Source: Octopus sinensis
Taxonomy: Eukaryota
Direction: 5' to 3'
Length of the DNA: 20,550 nt
Assembly (NCBI RefSeq): GCF_006345805.1
Contig: NW_021824171.1
Coordinates: forward strand, 1 to 20,550
Shown here piece by piece: positions 20,099-20,550 of the stretch; the first letter of the stretch is position 1; each line of letters opens with the position of its first letter. The translations under genes and the position numbers were made by a program. The notes under the pieces are model-generated. The model saw only the letters and a list, made by a program, of their open reading frames with translations. It did not search any database and was not told the DNA's origin.

Positions 20099-20550
20099 AT
20101 TGGTATACCTATTGCAATTGAATATTTAATCTCTATGAATTCCCACTTACAGGCAATTGAACAACAAACCGCTATATGATACGTCCCTTGTAGCATAACC
20201 CTTACAACTATGGCGACCAGTTACATCCAACTCTTTAACAAGTGGGTGCGAAATGATCTCATAAACAAATCTACCATTCCTGCAAGACAGCTGGTGCTTC
20301 GCCGTTCACATCATAAATGCGTGCAAATGATGTATGCGTCCATATATAATTTACAAATTGACTAACTATAAGCTGTCAGCCATTCATTGTTCTACCACAC
20401 TATTAGCCGACATATTGTGCTCCGATAATCTATAATTAAAAGTGAAAATTTAATACCAAAAAATAAATATTGGATAAACATGGTGGTCCTTGATTTTTAA
20501 TCTTTATCACATACTTATTATCGATCTGTCACGTTGCTCATGACTTCTTT

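Overview
Non-coding, repeat-dominated, AT-rich eukaryotic DNA. The SINE families and the dense (TA)n/(GATA)n/(GT)n microsatellites match my recollection of octopus genomes; this is an inference with no database check. No host gene is supportable, and almost all ORFs in the track are microsatellite or antisense artefacts. Two systems stand out. (1) Several short repeats embedded in (TA)n tracts carry type I hammerhead ribozyme folds. The best lies at 9715-9759 (minus) with an intact core and GUC site. It caps a ~41-bp imperfect rod, inside a 352-bp-period direct repeat (9505-10008) resembling a non-LTR retrozyme or Penelope pseudo-LTR. A second intact core lies at 8201-8253 (+), and degenerate ones at 7104-7138, 10608-10641, 10838-10871 and 19699-19736. 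(2) A 5.6-kb head-to-tail array (12252-17830, minus) holds three ~1.75-kb retroelement copies and two ~155-bp internally deleted mini-copies. The full copies encode only a ~480-aa gag/ORF1-like protein (RRM-like region plus CCHC knuckle, no RT). Their 3' tail (GCCC-loop-GGGY-AATAAAGAA) is shared with the tRNA-derived SINE at 2965-3387, suggesting both use the same unseen LINE. The rest comprises tRNA-derived SINEs with shuffled head/tail modules, a 390-bp non-autonomous Helitron, and a ~470-bp (GAA)n purine tract.
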